This document shows positions 1-8,605 of a stretch of DNA of 64,000 bases, piece after piece (the stretch's first letter is position 1; every line of letters starts with the position of its first letter). Origin of the DNA: Leptolyngbyaceae cyanobacterium. GTDB lineage: Bacteria > Cyanobacteriota > Cyanobacteriia > Phormidesmidales > Phormidesmidaceae. Where the stretch lies: positions 1,600,001 to 1,664,000 of the forward strand of contig CBDHHL010000056.1 of assembly GCA_965263355.1 (NCBI GenBank), in the 5' to 3' direction. Both the position numbers and the translations under genes were made by a program. The notes below the pieces were generated by a model. The model was not told where the DNA came from and made no database searches. It saw nothing but the letters and a program-made list of their open reading frames with translations.

Positions 1-408
1 CGCTACCTGCAGCGTACCGATGTTGGTGATAAACGTATTGTTGTTGTGGATGGTGAAATCTATGGCAGCTATCTACGACGGTCCCAAAGTGGACATTGGG
101 TTAACAACGTGAGTAGTGATGGCACCTGTACCCTGAGCGATATTACGGCTGATGAGCTAGAGGCCATTCAACAGACCGTCGGTCACTACCAGGCCTTGGG
201 GTTACATACCCTGGGTTACGACTTTTTAATGGATGATGATCATACCTGGCGGATCAGTGAAGTAAATGCTGGCAATATTGGCGGCTTTGCTCGTCTAGAA
301 CTGCTAACAGGTGAACCTGTCATGGATCGATTGATTGGCTGGCTTTTAGAGTATGCCCGACGGCCACAGCCTCAGATTGACCCGTTAGCCATGGTTGGAG
401 TAGCCTAA
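1..408 (+). CDS. ATP-grasp ligase, glutathione synthetase/RimK-like (5'-truncated by window edge)
   Basis: Frame is open from base 1: RYLQRTDVGDKRIVVVDGE...GYDFL...ISEVN, matching the GDKRI and D...ExN ATP-grasp motifs. Confidence 0.7.
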   Translation, partial: RYLQRTDVGDKRIVVVDGEIYGSYLRRSQSGHWVNNVSSDGTCTLSDITADELEAIQQTVGHYQALGLHTLGYDFLMDDDHTWRISEVNAGNIGGFARLELLTGEPVMDRLIGWLLEYARRPQPQIDPLAMVGVA

Positions 409-941
409 TGGCCAAACTGCTACCACTCATGCACCCTGTGTTGAATATTCGTCCCGCTGAGCCTAAAGACTATGGTGCGATCGCATCCATCTACAACGAA
501 GCCATCGCCCACGGCGGCATCACTATGGATGGCCAACCCTATACCCCCCAGGATATTCAGACAACCCTGCAAAAAATGACTGCGCGGGAAGCCCTACTGG
601 TAGCTGAGAGTATTAGTACCGTTGTGGGTTGGGGGGTGATTAAACGCTATAGCGATCGCATTGGCTATCAGCGCTGTTGCGAAACCTCTACCTATTTAAA
701 GTTTTCAGAAACTGGAAAAGGGTACGGCAACACATTACAAACAGCCCTGATGACCAAGGTACGAGACTATGGCTACCATCATATTGTGGCCAAAATTGTA
801 GCGACTAATCAGGGGAGTATTCGCTTTCATCAACGCTTTGGCTTTGAAATCGTTGGTATTCAAAAAGAAATTGGCTTTATGAATGGCACCTGGCATGACG
901 TTGCTATCATGCAGTGTATTTTAGCCAACCCTGAGGAATAG
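408..941 (+). CDS. GNAT N-acetyltransferase (phosphinothricin/methionine-sulfoximine acetyltransferase-like)
   Basis: IYNEAI, GKGYG acetyl-CoA motif, NQGSIRFHQRFGFEIVG...W.DV; start overlaps the upstream stop (TAATG). Confidence 0.85.
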   Translation: MAKLLPLMHPVLNIRPAEPKDYGAIASIYNEAIAHGGITMDGQPYTPQDIQTTLQKMTAREALLVAESISTVVGWGVIKRYSDRIGYQRCCETSTYLKFSETGKGYGNTLQTALMTKVRDYGYHHIVAKIVATNQGSIRFHQRFGFEIVGIQKEIGFMNGTWHDVAIMQCILANPEE

Positions 942-1086
942 CTCAGCGTTTATCAGGAATTCCTAGGGCGACTTTTTAGAATACTCTCATGATTGAGTCA
1001 TCTCGGCTCGATACTATTCTCCTAGATGCAACATTGATGTCGTTGGCTCGTAGGCGAATGAACACATTTGGCATTATTCAATTCTG

Positions 1087-1872
1087 TTGTTAGACCGATT
1101 TGAGGTTTTTGACATGGTTCGAGCTGCACTTTCAGCGTCAACAGGAATGTCCATGGCTCACTATCCTGCTAGTTTACGCACCTTGATTGATACCCTGCAG
1201 AAAACACCTGATTTTACTCCCGAAGGTATTCAGACCCTGGTGAGAGACGCCAATATCTCAGCCAAAGATTTACTGCCATGGGCTAATTTTAATCATCCGG
1301 TCACTGATAGCTATGGTCGTCAACTGGTCTTTGAAGGTGACCATTTTGAAATCATGGTAATGTCCTGGGTCCCCGGCGATTTCAGCGCTATTCACGATCA
1401 TGGTGTGGCCCAATGGGGTGCTGTCCAGTGTTTTGGAGCAGCAGAGCACTATATCTACACATTTAAGCAAGGGGTACTCTACACCCTAACCCCGGCCTAT
1501 TATAGTCCCGGTGTAGTGCATGCCGTTGACCAGAGCCTGATTCATCACATGGGTAATTCTGGTAATGAACCATTTTTGAGCCTGCATGTATATGGTTGCC
1601 AAGGCGCTCAGGGTGCAATTACTGGTAACGCGCGGATCTTTGATTTGTTTGAAGGCAGCATTCAATATACCGATGGTGGTGCGTTCTTTGATTTACCAGC
1701 GGAGCGCATTAATCAGAAACGCTATGGTTTAGAAGCCGATCGGGAAACAACCCTGCGGCATCATCGTTTGATGTGCGATCGCATTCGCCAAATATTCAAC
1801 GCCCAACAAAATAGTGATTATTATCACAAACTCTTATTGCTACAACAACAAATTCAACACCTTAACTTGTAG
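1087..1872 (+). CDS. Cysteine dioxygenase type I family cupin (true start probably a downstream ATG at 1114 or later)
   Basis: YGRQL, W.PG..SAIHDH, HHM.N and SLHVY motifs. Confidence 0.8.
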   Translation: MLDRFEVFDMVRAALSASTGMSMAHYPASLRTLIDTLQKTPDFTPEGIQTLVRDANISAKDLLPWANFNHPVTDSYGRQLVFEGDHFEIMVMSWVPGDFSAIHDHGVAQWGAVQCFGAAEHYIYTFKQGVLYTLTPAYYSPGVVHAVDQSLIHHMGNSGNEPFLSLHVYGCQGAQGAITGNARIFDLFEGSIQYTDGGAFFDLPAERINQKRYGLEADRETTLRHHRLMCDRIRQIFNAQQNSDYYHKLLLLQQQIQHLNL

Positions 1873-1969
1873 AAATATCAGCGTTTCTTGATTTTTGACC
1901 CTAATTTCTTAAATTTCATCAAAACCTGTTGATTATTTCCTTAAGATTTAGTGATTTCAGGAGGTATGT

Positions 1970-2509
1970 ATGTTTGTTCTTAGTGCTCGGGAAGTTGACT
2001 TTTGCACTCTGACCAGCCGTAGGGGCGAGCAACTTGTCCAAAGACCTGGCATAGACTACCAACGTAAGCTTTACAGCAAGGGTAAAACCTATAAGTTGGA
2101 AGATAGACAAACGGCTATTCAAACGGCTCGACAAAAGGTTTTAGACCTCAAAGGTCAATCTATGATTTTGGTCGAAGAGGGGGACACGATTTCCCTCTGG
2201 TACCACGATAAAACAGTAGAAAAGGTTAACCCGCTCTTAACCCTGGATTTACAGGAGCTGGTCGCCGCCATGAGAAACGTGGGGGGTATCCAAATTAAAG
2301 CACGCCTGTATCACCTTAAGAGCTATCGGCAATGCTTTGTGGGCAGTGAGGCCGTCGATTGGCTAGTCTCCCATCTGAAGATTTCTCGACAAGATGCTGT
2401 CATCGTTGGACAACGGTTGATGGACGAAAACTGGATTCATCATGTTGTGGATGAACAAGCATTTCAGGATAAGTATTTTTTCTACCGCTTTCGCTGGGAT
2501 GAACAGTAA
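1970..2509 (+). CDS. Cyanobacterial protein with C-terminal DEP domain
   Basis: C-terminal YRQCFVGSEAVDWL...AVIVGQRL...IHHV...F.D..FFYRF is a typical DEP domain; AGGAGG RBS upstream. Confidence 0.8.
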   Translation: MFVLSAREVDFCTLTSRRGEQLVQRPGIDYQRKLYSKGKTYKLEDRQTAIQTARQKVLDLKGQSMILVEEGDTISLWYHDKTVEKVNPLLTLDLQELVAAMRNVGGIQIKARLYHLKSYRQCFVGSEAVDWLVSHLKISRQDAVIVGQRLMDENWIHHVVDEQAFQDKYFFYRFRWDEQ

Positions 2510-2975
2510 GGGCTTTTGAAAAATTAAGCTTATGGTTTTAGATCAGTTAATTATGAAACCGCATAGGAAAGGGAGCTTTAGAATATTGGTGGGGCGCTTA
2601 AAGATGTTGCTGGGGTCCCTCCGAGTTCCCTTTCCGGCAGCACTCAAGTTATCTCTTTATCTCTTTTAGGCAAACTGGGGTTTCCCATGGGCAGGGCCGG
2701 AACGTCGCCCTACACCTCCCGTACTGAGTTATCACTTGTATACATAAAGCTCCAATCATAACGTTGCTTCTTAACGATTCTTAAGCAATAAATTAAACTG
2801 TGCCCTAGTCCCCAGTGACATACGTTTAACTACACTGCACGTGGGTGAATTAATAGCAATCGTTGGATATATTAAGTTAAATACGGAATGGGTGTTATAT
2901 AACGTGTATTCAAGGTCTAGGCATTCTTTTGTTTAAGAGTTGCCGATTTTTTGACGTTTACCAGGAAATAGTTGT

Positions 2976-4886
2976 TTGCTTGAAAACAATGTAGTACTTT
3001 TTGGGGGTCAAATGACTACAAGCTACAAACAGCAAAGCCTACAAGCAAAACGCCAATTCTATCAGTATAACTATACTCACATTCCCCCGGTGGCGATGGT
3101 AGATACGCTGCCAGAGGAGGAACAGTTTTCGTCTCCATGGCGCTTAATGGTCGCTAAGGTCGGTTTCCAAATCCTAGTTAATACGATCATTGTCAATCGA
3201 GGGGATCATGGCAAATTAGGCGCAGCAGACGATGTCAAAGCCTTTCTTATAGAAACGTTTAAGGAAACCTTAGTAGAACGTAATGGATTTTCTCGCCTAA
3301 AAGTTCTCTGGCAAGGGGCAAAGTTTATGCCCAAACTTCTATTTGGTCGCTTATCTACCAATGTAGAAGAGCTGGAAGCGCTGATTAAAGAGATCATCGG
3401 CAGCGTGAGTGGTGATTTTCTGCAAGACTTTGCTGCCAATGTGCAACAGAAATTAAAGCTGAATTCCCCTAAGGGCCGAGGGGATGACTGCAAAGACTTT
3501 CAGGATCTTTTCAAAACTATTGATCTGCCAGCGATTGCCTATACCTACGAAACGGATGAGGTCTTTGCCTCGCTGCGTGTGGCGGGTCCAAATCCTGTGA
3601 TGTTAGAGCGGTTGACAGGGCCTGAGCCTAATTTCCCGGTGACTGAAACCCACTATCAAGGGGTGATGGGAGACTCCGATTCCCTGGCGGAGGCCTATGG
3701 TGAGGGGCGTTTATATTGGGTTAATTATGGGGTGCTTGGTGGTGCCATCAATGGCTCATTTCCAGGGGAGCAAAAATACCTATATGCTCCGTTCGCCTTG
3801 TTTGCGGTCCCGAAAACGGGGGATCGTCGTCTGTGTTCGGTTGCCATTCAGTGTGGGCAAAACCCTGATGAGTTTCCGATACTAACGCCAAAATCTAATG
3901 CCTATGCCTGGCTCTGTGCCAAAACAATGGTGCAAATTGCTGATGCTAATTTCCATGAGGCGGTTACCCATCTAGCCCGTACCCATTTATTTATTGGGCC
4001 GTTTGCGATCGCAACCCATCGTCAACTGCCCGATGACCACCCTGTCAGCCTACTGCTGCGGCCACACTTTCAAGGCATGCTAGCCATTAATAACGCGGCC
4101 CAGGCCAAACTCATTGCTGCCGGTGGCGGTGTTAACAAAATTCTCTCATCCACCATTGACTCATCCCGCATATTTGCTGTCCTGGGAGTACAAACCTACG
4201 GGTTTAACACCGCCATGTTGCCCAAACAACTCCAACAACGGGGGGTGGACGATACCAATAGCCTGCCCATTTATCCCTACCGGGACGACAGCATCTTAAT
4301 TTGGCAGGCCATCCACGATTGGGTAAACGACTATCTAACCCTTTACTATGCCGATGATGCCGCTGTGCAGCAGGACGCCAACCTACAAGCATGGGCCCAG
4401 GAATTAATCGCCTACGATGGTGGTCGGGTGATCGACTTTGGTGAAGCTGAGGGCCGTCTCCAGACCCTTACCTATCTTACAGATGCCATTACCCTAATTA
4501 TTTTTACCGCTAGTGCCCAACATGCAGCCGTAAACTTTCCCCAAAAAGACATCATGAGCTACGCACCAGCCATGCCGACCGCTGGTTATGCTGAGCTAAA
4601 AGACTTAGGAGAACACACCACACAGGCAGATTACTTTAGTTTGTTACCCCCCCTTAACCAGGCCCAGGAGCAACTCAAACTCCTGCACTTGCTTGGTTCT
4701 GCACACTTTACTCAGTTAGGGCAATATGAGCGCCATCATTTCCAAGACAGTAATGTGCACGTTCCCTTAGAGCGATTTCAGGCTCATTTAGACAAGATCA
4801 CAGATATCATTTACGAGCGCAATCGCAATCGTCCACCCTATGACTATCTGCTCCCTAAAAACATTCCCCAGAGTATCAACATTTAG
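2976..4886 (+). CDS. Lipoxygenase (non-heme iron; likely start ATG 3012)
   Basis: AGPNP, WLCAK, HEAVTHLARTHL, YPYRDD, QHAAVNFPQ and C-terminal SINI iron-ligand motifs. Confidence 0.95.
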   Translation: MLENNVVLFGGQMTTSYKQQSLQAKRQFYQYNYTHIPPVAMVDTLPEEEQFSSPWRLMVAKVGFQILVNTIIVNRGDHGKLGAADDVKAFLIETFKETLVERNGFSRLKVLWQGAKFMPKLLFGRLSTNVEELEALIKEIIGSVSGDFLQDFAANVQQKLKLNSPKGRGDDCKDFQDLFKTIDLPAIAYTYETDEVFASLRVAGPNPVMLERLTGPEPNFPVTETHYQGVMGDSDSLAEAYGEGRLYWVNYGVLGGAINGSFPGEQKYLYAPFALFAVPKTGDRRLCSVAIQCGQNPDEFPILTPKSNAYAWLCAKTMVQIADANFHEAVTHLARTHLFIGPFAIATHRQLPDDHPVSLLLRPHFQGMLAINNAAQAKLIAAGGGVNKILSSTIDSSRIFAVLGVQTYGFNTAMLPKQLQQRGVDDTNSLPIYPYRDDSILIWQAIHDWVNDYLTLYYADDAAVQQDANLQAWAQELIAYDGGRVIDFGEAEGRLQTLTYLTDAITLIIFTASAQHAAVNFPQKDIMSYAPAMPTAGYAELKDLGEHTTQADYFSLLPPLNQAQEQLKLLHLLGSAHFTQLGQYERHHFQDSNVHVPLERFQAHLDKITDIIYERNRNRPPYDYLLPKNIPQSINI

Positions 4887-4956
4887 CAGCCTGAGAGAAT
4901 TTAAAGACTACGCCTAACGCTAAAGATCATCCCAAAGTAATCTACATCACACCATC

Positions 4957-6315
4957 ATGGACATTACTGCCCTCAAGCAAAAAGTTCTCAAAGCCCACGA
5001 TAGCCAAGTCAAACTCTCACAACGCTTAGATAAGCTCGGGTATGACAGCTTTCTTGGCAAACTCCTACGCCTGAAGTCTTACTATTTAGAAGGATTTACC
5101 ATGCTCAAAGCATGGCGTAATTTTCTCTACATTCGCAAAGAGAACATTGGCAATACGTTCTTTGCTGTTGACCACGCCATCATGCATGCCGACCACGCCC
5201 AGGTAAAAAAGCTGATGCATGTGGAACCCCAGGTCCGTGGCAATGACTTGGGTATTATTAGGATTATCGATTCCGGCTACATGCTAGGTAATCCCTTAAG
5301 CCTGGGAACCAATGGCAAAGAGCACACAGCCATACGCGCTATCTTTCATCAGGCCTTACCCGATCCCTTTGAAACCTCAGAGGAATTAGGACGTTATGTC
5401 GATGGTTTTCTATCCCAAACCACTGATCAGGGAAAATTACATATTGGCGATGATCTGCCCCGCTTTATGGTGAAAATTTTACATCACCTGGTCTTTGAGC
5501 TTGACCTCTCCGAAGACGAAGTGACCGCTTCACGGGGGTATATCACAGGTCTACCCTTAGCCTCCTTACCAGGATTTCTCACCAAAACCCTATTAGCGTC
5601 TAAGACAGGCCCCATTGCTAAACATCGCAAACAACTGGTTCAGCGATATCAAACCTCGTCAAAATGGGCGGCCTATTTAGAAACTGGCAAACAGTATGGC
5701 CTCACCCCAGACCAAATTGCCAATGGTCTGTTTGACATGATACATATTGCAGGCACTGCAGGTACCAGCGCTTTAATGGGGTCTGTGATTGGTGTTTTAT
5801 GCTTAAATGACACCCTCCGAACCGACGTGATTACAGAAATCAATCGGGTTTGGCCAGGAACAGAAGCCCCTACGGGAGATTGTCTACGTCAAGCCACCTT
5901 ACTCAGTAATGTTATTTTCGAAACTGCTCGGTTGTACCCACCTGTTCGGTTTGTCAGTCAACTGGCAACAGAATCAGGAGAGGTCGAAGTGGGTAGTCAA
6001 AAATGTCCATTCCAAAAGGGAACACGCTTACTGGGTTCGATCTTTACAGCGAATCGTGATGCTACTCGGTACAAAGAACCCGATGAGTTTTCAGTCGATC
6101 GCGACTTCTCTGACCTATTATCGTGGAATGGCGATGACCATGAGCGCGTCTGCCCTGGCAAATCATTGTCCATCGAGTTAATTAAAGTATTCTGTATGTA
6201 TCTGTTGAAGCAATACCAATGGCAACAGTCTACAGAGGTAAAATGGGACTTTGACAACGTAACAGCAGTCACCCCCAATGACTTAGAGCTTCAAGGGTTT
6301 GCCGCGAAGGTCTAG
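4957..6315 (+). CDS. Atypical cytochrome P450 with CYP74-like features (putative fatty-acid hydroperoxide-metabolising enzyme)
   Basis: ETARLYPPV (ExxR), NRD...EPDEF, heme loop LSWNGDDHERVCPGK; I-helix AGTAGT lacks the D/E-T pair. Confidence 0.85.
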   Translation: MDITALKQKVLKAHDSQVKLSQRLDKLGYDSFLGKLLRLKSYYLEGFTMLKAWRNFLYIRKENIGNTFFAVDHAIMHADHAQVKKLMHVEPQVRGNDLGIIRIIDSGYMLGNPLSLGTNGKEHTAIRAIFHQALPDPFETSEELGRYVDGFLSQTTDQGKLHIGDDLPRFMVKILHHLVFELDLSEDEVTASRGYITGLPLASLPGFLTKTLLASKTGPIAKHRKQLVQRYQTSSKWAAYLETGKQYGLTPDQIANGLFDMIHIAGTAGTSALMGSVIGVLCLNDTLRTDVITEINRVWPGTEAPTGDCLRQATLLSNVIFETARLYPPVRFVSQLATESGEVEVGSQKCPFQKGTRLLGSIFTANRDATRYKEPDEFSVDRDFSDLLSWNGDDHERVCPGKSLSIELIKVFCMYLLKQYQWQQSTEVKWDFDNVTAVTPNDLELQGFAAKV

Positions 6316-6349
6316 GCGTCTATAAAAATACAGTAGAGGACTAAAAATC

Positions 6350-6913
6350 ATGACAGGTTCCGTTGTCGCTCAAAAGTTTGAGAACATCGCCACGTGGATG
6401 GTTTCCACTCAACCTACCAATCTTCCTAGTGTGTTGAAAGGCGTATTTTTTATGGATGGCAATATCATGCCAGATGACTGCATCACTATGTATAACCAGG
6501 AATGGGACGATACCAAAAACTGTCTTACGTTGCCCGTTACAGGCCCTATTCAATGGACCTTTCACAGCAACCTTTTAGGCTGGGTCCTATTGCTAGGAGC
6601 AAGAATTTCTGGCTTTCGATACAAGATTCAGTTTGAAGACAGTACATTGCAAAAAGCACAAATTACACCCATTACTTTTGGTATCCCGGTACCGCGTTGG
6701 CTTGTTGATGCCACCATGTGTCAGGCTGAAGGTATTAACAATGGTGATCGTTGGGACCGTAAAAATGTTTGGTTTGGCGGCTTACCAAGGATAGGCGAAT
6801 ATACGCTACGTCGAGTTGTTGATGAAAATGGTCAGTATACTCCTGCTTTTCAGGATATGTTAACCAAGGTGGATGCTGAATGTTTGGTCGTTGCCCAGGC
6901 CTCGGATAAGTAA
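6350..6913 (+). CDS. Hypothetical protein, third gene of the LOX-P450 unit
   Basis: 187-aa ORF, AGAGGA RBS, 34 bp after the P450 stop, followed by a strong hairpin. Confidence 0.8.
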   Translation: MTGSVVAQKFENIATWMVSTQPTNLPSVLKGVFFMDGNIMPDDCITMYNQEWDDTKNCLTLPVTGPIQWTFHSNLLGWVLLLGARISGFRYKIQFEDSTLQKAQITPITFGIPVPRWLVDATMCQAEGINNGDRWDRKNVWFGGLPRIGEYTLRRVVDENGQYTPAFQDMLTKVDAECLVVAQASDK

Positions 6914-6920
6914 TGTGGCG

Positions 6921-6957
6921 CTGTTGAGTAGGAGTGCGACTCACCCCTACTCAACAG
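6921..6957. terminator. Hairpin between convergent genes, probable terminator
   Basis: CTGTTGAGTAGG...CCTACTCAACAG, 12-bp perfect arms. Confidence 0.6.
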
Positions 6958-7035
6958 TCAACAGCCAGATTTAGCAGTCCAGTGTGCCCTATTGCACAAC
7001 ACAATTGAACGTCTCTACAGACGACCTACATTTAA

Positions 7036-7509
7036 CTATCGACTACCACCACCGGGGGTTCTAATGACGGCTGTGCCTAAGGGAACTTCAGCACCTAAGT
7101 TAGGGTAAGTACCATAAACGCGATAGGGCACATCAATACCCGCATTCACAGTGCCGCGTACCCGAGAGTTTTTCATAACAATCCGAATGGTCTCGTCAGT
7201 AGGTATAGGATCGGCAAAGGTGAGTGTGAATTCTTCGAAGCCATAATTAATAGCAGGTTCAACAGACTTATCACCGACAAAAATTTCAAGACCATCCAGT
7301 TCGTGGAAGGTAATGCATTGAACCCGTACACGTTGTAAGGGATCACCTTCCACGGATACTTCAAAGTAGTGATCTTGACCGCGTCTGAGTACGCCTGCAT
7401 CGGATACGGTGGCCGCTGTAAATACGGCGTTGGCCGCTGGGGCCATTACCATTGTTGCAGTAGCCGTCATCGCCAGGGCTGCTAATCCATTAAGTAGTAA
7501 TTTTTTCAC
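7036..7509 (-). CDS. Secreted DUF2808-like protein
   Basis: Signal peptide ending APAANA; YFEVSV...L..V; F.DPIP..ETIRIV; LGTA C-terminal pattern. Confidence 0.6.
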   Translation of the reverse strand: MKKLLLNGLAALAMTATATMVMAPAANAVFTAATVSDAGVLRRGQDHYFEVSVEGDPLQRVRVQCITFHELDGLEIFVGDKSVEPAINYGFEEFTLTFADPIPTDETIRIVMKNSRVRGTVNAGIDVPYRVYGTYPNLGAEVPLGTAVIRTPGGGSR

Positions 7510-7751
7510 GGGGTACTCCTTTCGGACTAAGGGTTAGAAAAGCATGTCAGTGCTTTCACGGAAAACGATAGCGAGTCTGCTCAGCTGAAGTTTGAGGAAG
7601 TGCTGAGAAGTCGGTGAGTCAGCTGCAAGAATTGGCTGATCGCGTTTCGGGAGATCTTGAGACAGGCATTATGAAGGTTTCAAGTGGCGTTCAGAGAATT
7701 CAGTATGCGATTTACAAAGTGCAGCCTGATAAAATCTCTTCTTTACGTCTA

Positions 7752-7873
7752 CCCACTGTCAACCAGCCAAAGAGCTAATCCACTGTCAGTTCCAACCTTG
7801 CCTCCAACAAACAGGGCAACATTGCTTCTCCTGTCAGCTCATCTGGCAAACTATCCGGGTAAAACATCAACAC
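7752..7873 (-). pseudogene. C-terminal remnant of a Uma2 (DUF820) family endonuclease
   Basis: Minus strand reads VLMFYPDSLPDELTGEAMLPCLLEARLELTVD*LFGWLTVG, resembling Uma2 C-termini (LP.L...LELT..QxFGWL), with internal TAG at 7775-7777; 5' part replaced by REP sequence. Confidence 0.55.
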
Positions 7874-7882
7874 CCCCCGCCC

Positions 7883-7928
7883 CTGGTGCCCAGTCTCTGA
7901 CTGAGCACCGTCACCGAGCCTCTGGCTC
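7883..7928. repeat. REP module, inverted relative to the 8494-8605 copy
   Basis: CTGGTGCCCAGTCTCTGACTGAGCAC and GAGCCTCTGGCTC; reverse complement of GCAGCCAGAGGCTGGGCACCAG with compensatory changes. Confidence 0.7.
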
Positions 7929-7940
7929 TTTTCACAGTGT

Positions 7941-8198
7941 CTATACCCGCCGCACCAACATGCTGATCACATCGTCTGGCTCTGGCCTCAGTATCAACCG
8001 ATTGTCAGGTACTTCAATCAGGGGACTCCACTGGCTAGTTTCTACATACCGTAGATTGTGCAGTAGGTGAATGGTTTGGCGAATATGGCTGGGATGACCG
8101 AGCAGGATATGGCGGATGGAACTGCCGGGGGGCAGGCTGCTAGAAAAGTCGGCAGGCAGACTTGGCGGCACCTGGGGTGCCTGGTTTGAGAAGGTCAT
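7941..8198 (-). CDS. Small cyanobacterial hypothetical protein (85 aa; true ORF is the 3' part of track ORF 7941..8711)
   Basis: IRHILLG.P..IRQTIHLLHNLRYVE...WS.L...P.DVISML.R resembles a recurrent small cyanobacterial family; ATG at 8198. Confidence 0.65.
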   Translation of the reverse strand: MTFSNQAPQVPPSLPADFSSSLPPGSSIRHILLGHPSHIRQTIHLLHNLRYVETSQWSPLIEVPDNRLILRPEPDDVISMLVRRV

Positions 8199-8427
8199 AG
8201 GGGCGTTTTCCTTGGTGGGTGTTTCACCACGAGACGACAGGGAGGAAAGCCCCCAAAAAGTTAGCCACCCTGCAACTAAAATCAGGGTGGCTGTAAAATG
8301 CTCACAGCTCACCAACTGCTTGCTCCAGTTGGAGGGGTTAGCGGGGTGGTGGTGTTGGTAGCACCGCCATCTCGCGTCGCTAAATTTTTGGGTGCGAAAA
8401 ACAACTGGGGTCAGTTGCTTAATGTGT

Positions 8428-8456
8428 AGGCTATCAGGCACGGATCGATGAGTCAA
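8428..8456 (-). promoter_or_regulatory. Sigma70-like promoter for the small gene and its structured leader
   Basis: Minus strand TTGACT-N17-TAGCCT. Confidence 0.5.
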
Positions 8457-8493
8457 GCAGGTGTTTCGGCGGTTTGTATTCCACCAATTTTTT

Positions 8494-8605
8494 GACTTCG
8501 TTCCACTCACTCCAAGGCTCTGCCTGGAGTGAAAAATGTGTGGCTCTGCCACTTCCAGGAGGCCGGAGCCCCAATTGGTGTGCGCAGCCAGAGGCTGGGC
8601 ACCAG
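8494..8605. repeat. REP module (multi-hairpin, GGCTCTGCC family)
   Basis: CTCCAAGGCTCTGCCTGGAG, GTGGCTCTGCCAC, GAGGCCGGAGCC, CAGCCAGAGGCTG hairpins; near-copy at 15190-15312. Confidence 0.85.
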
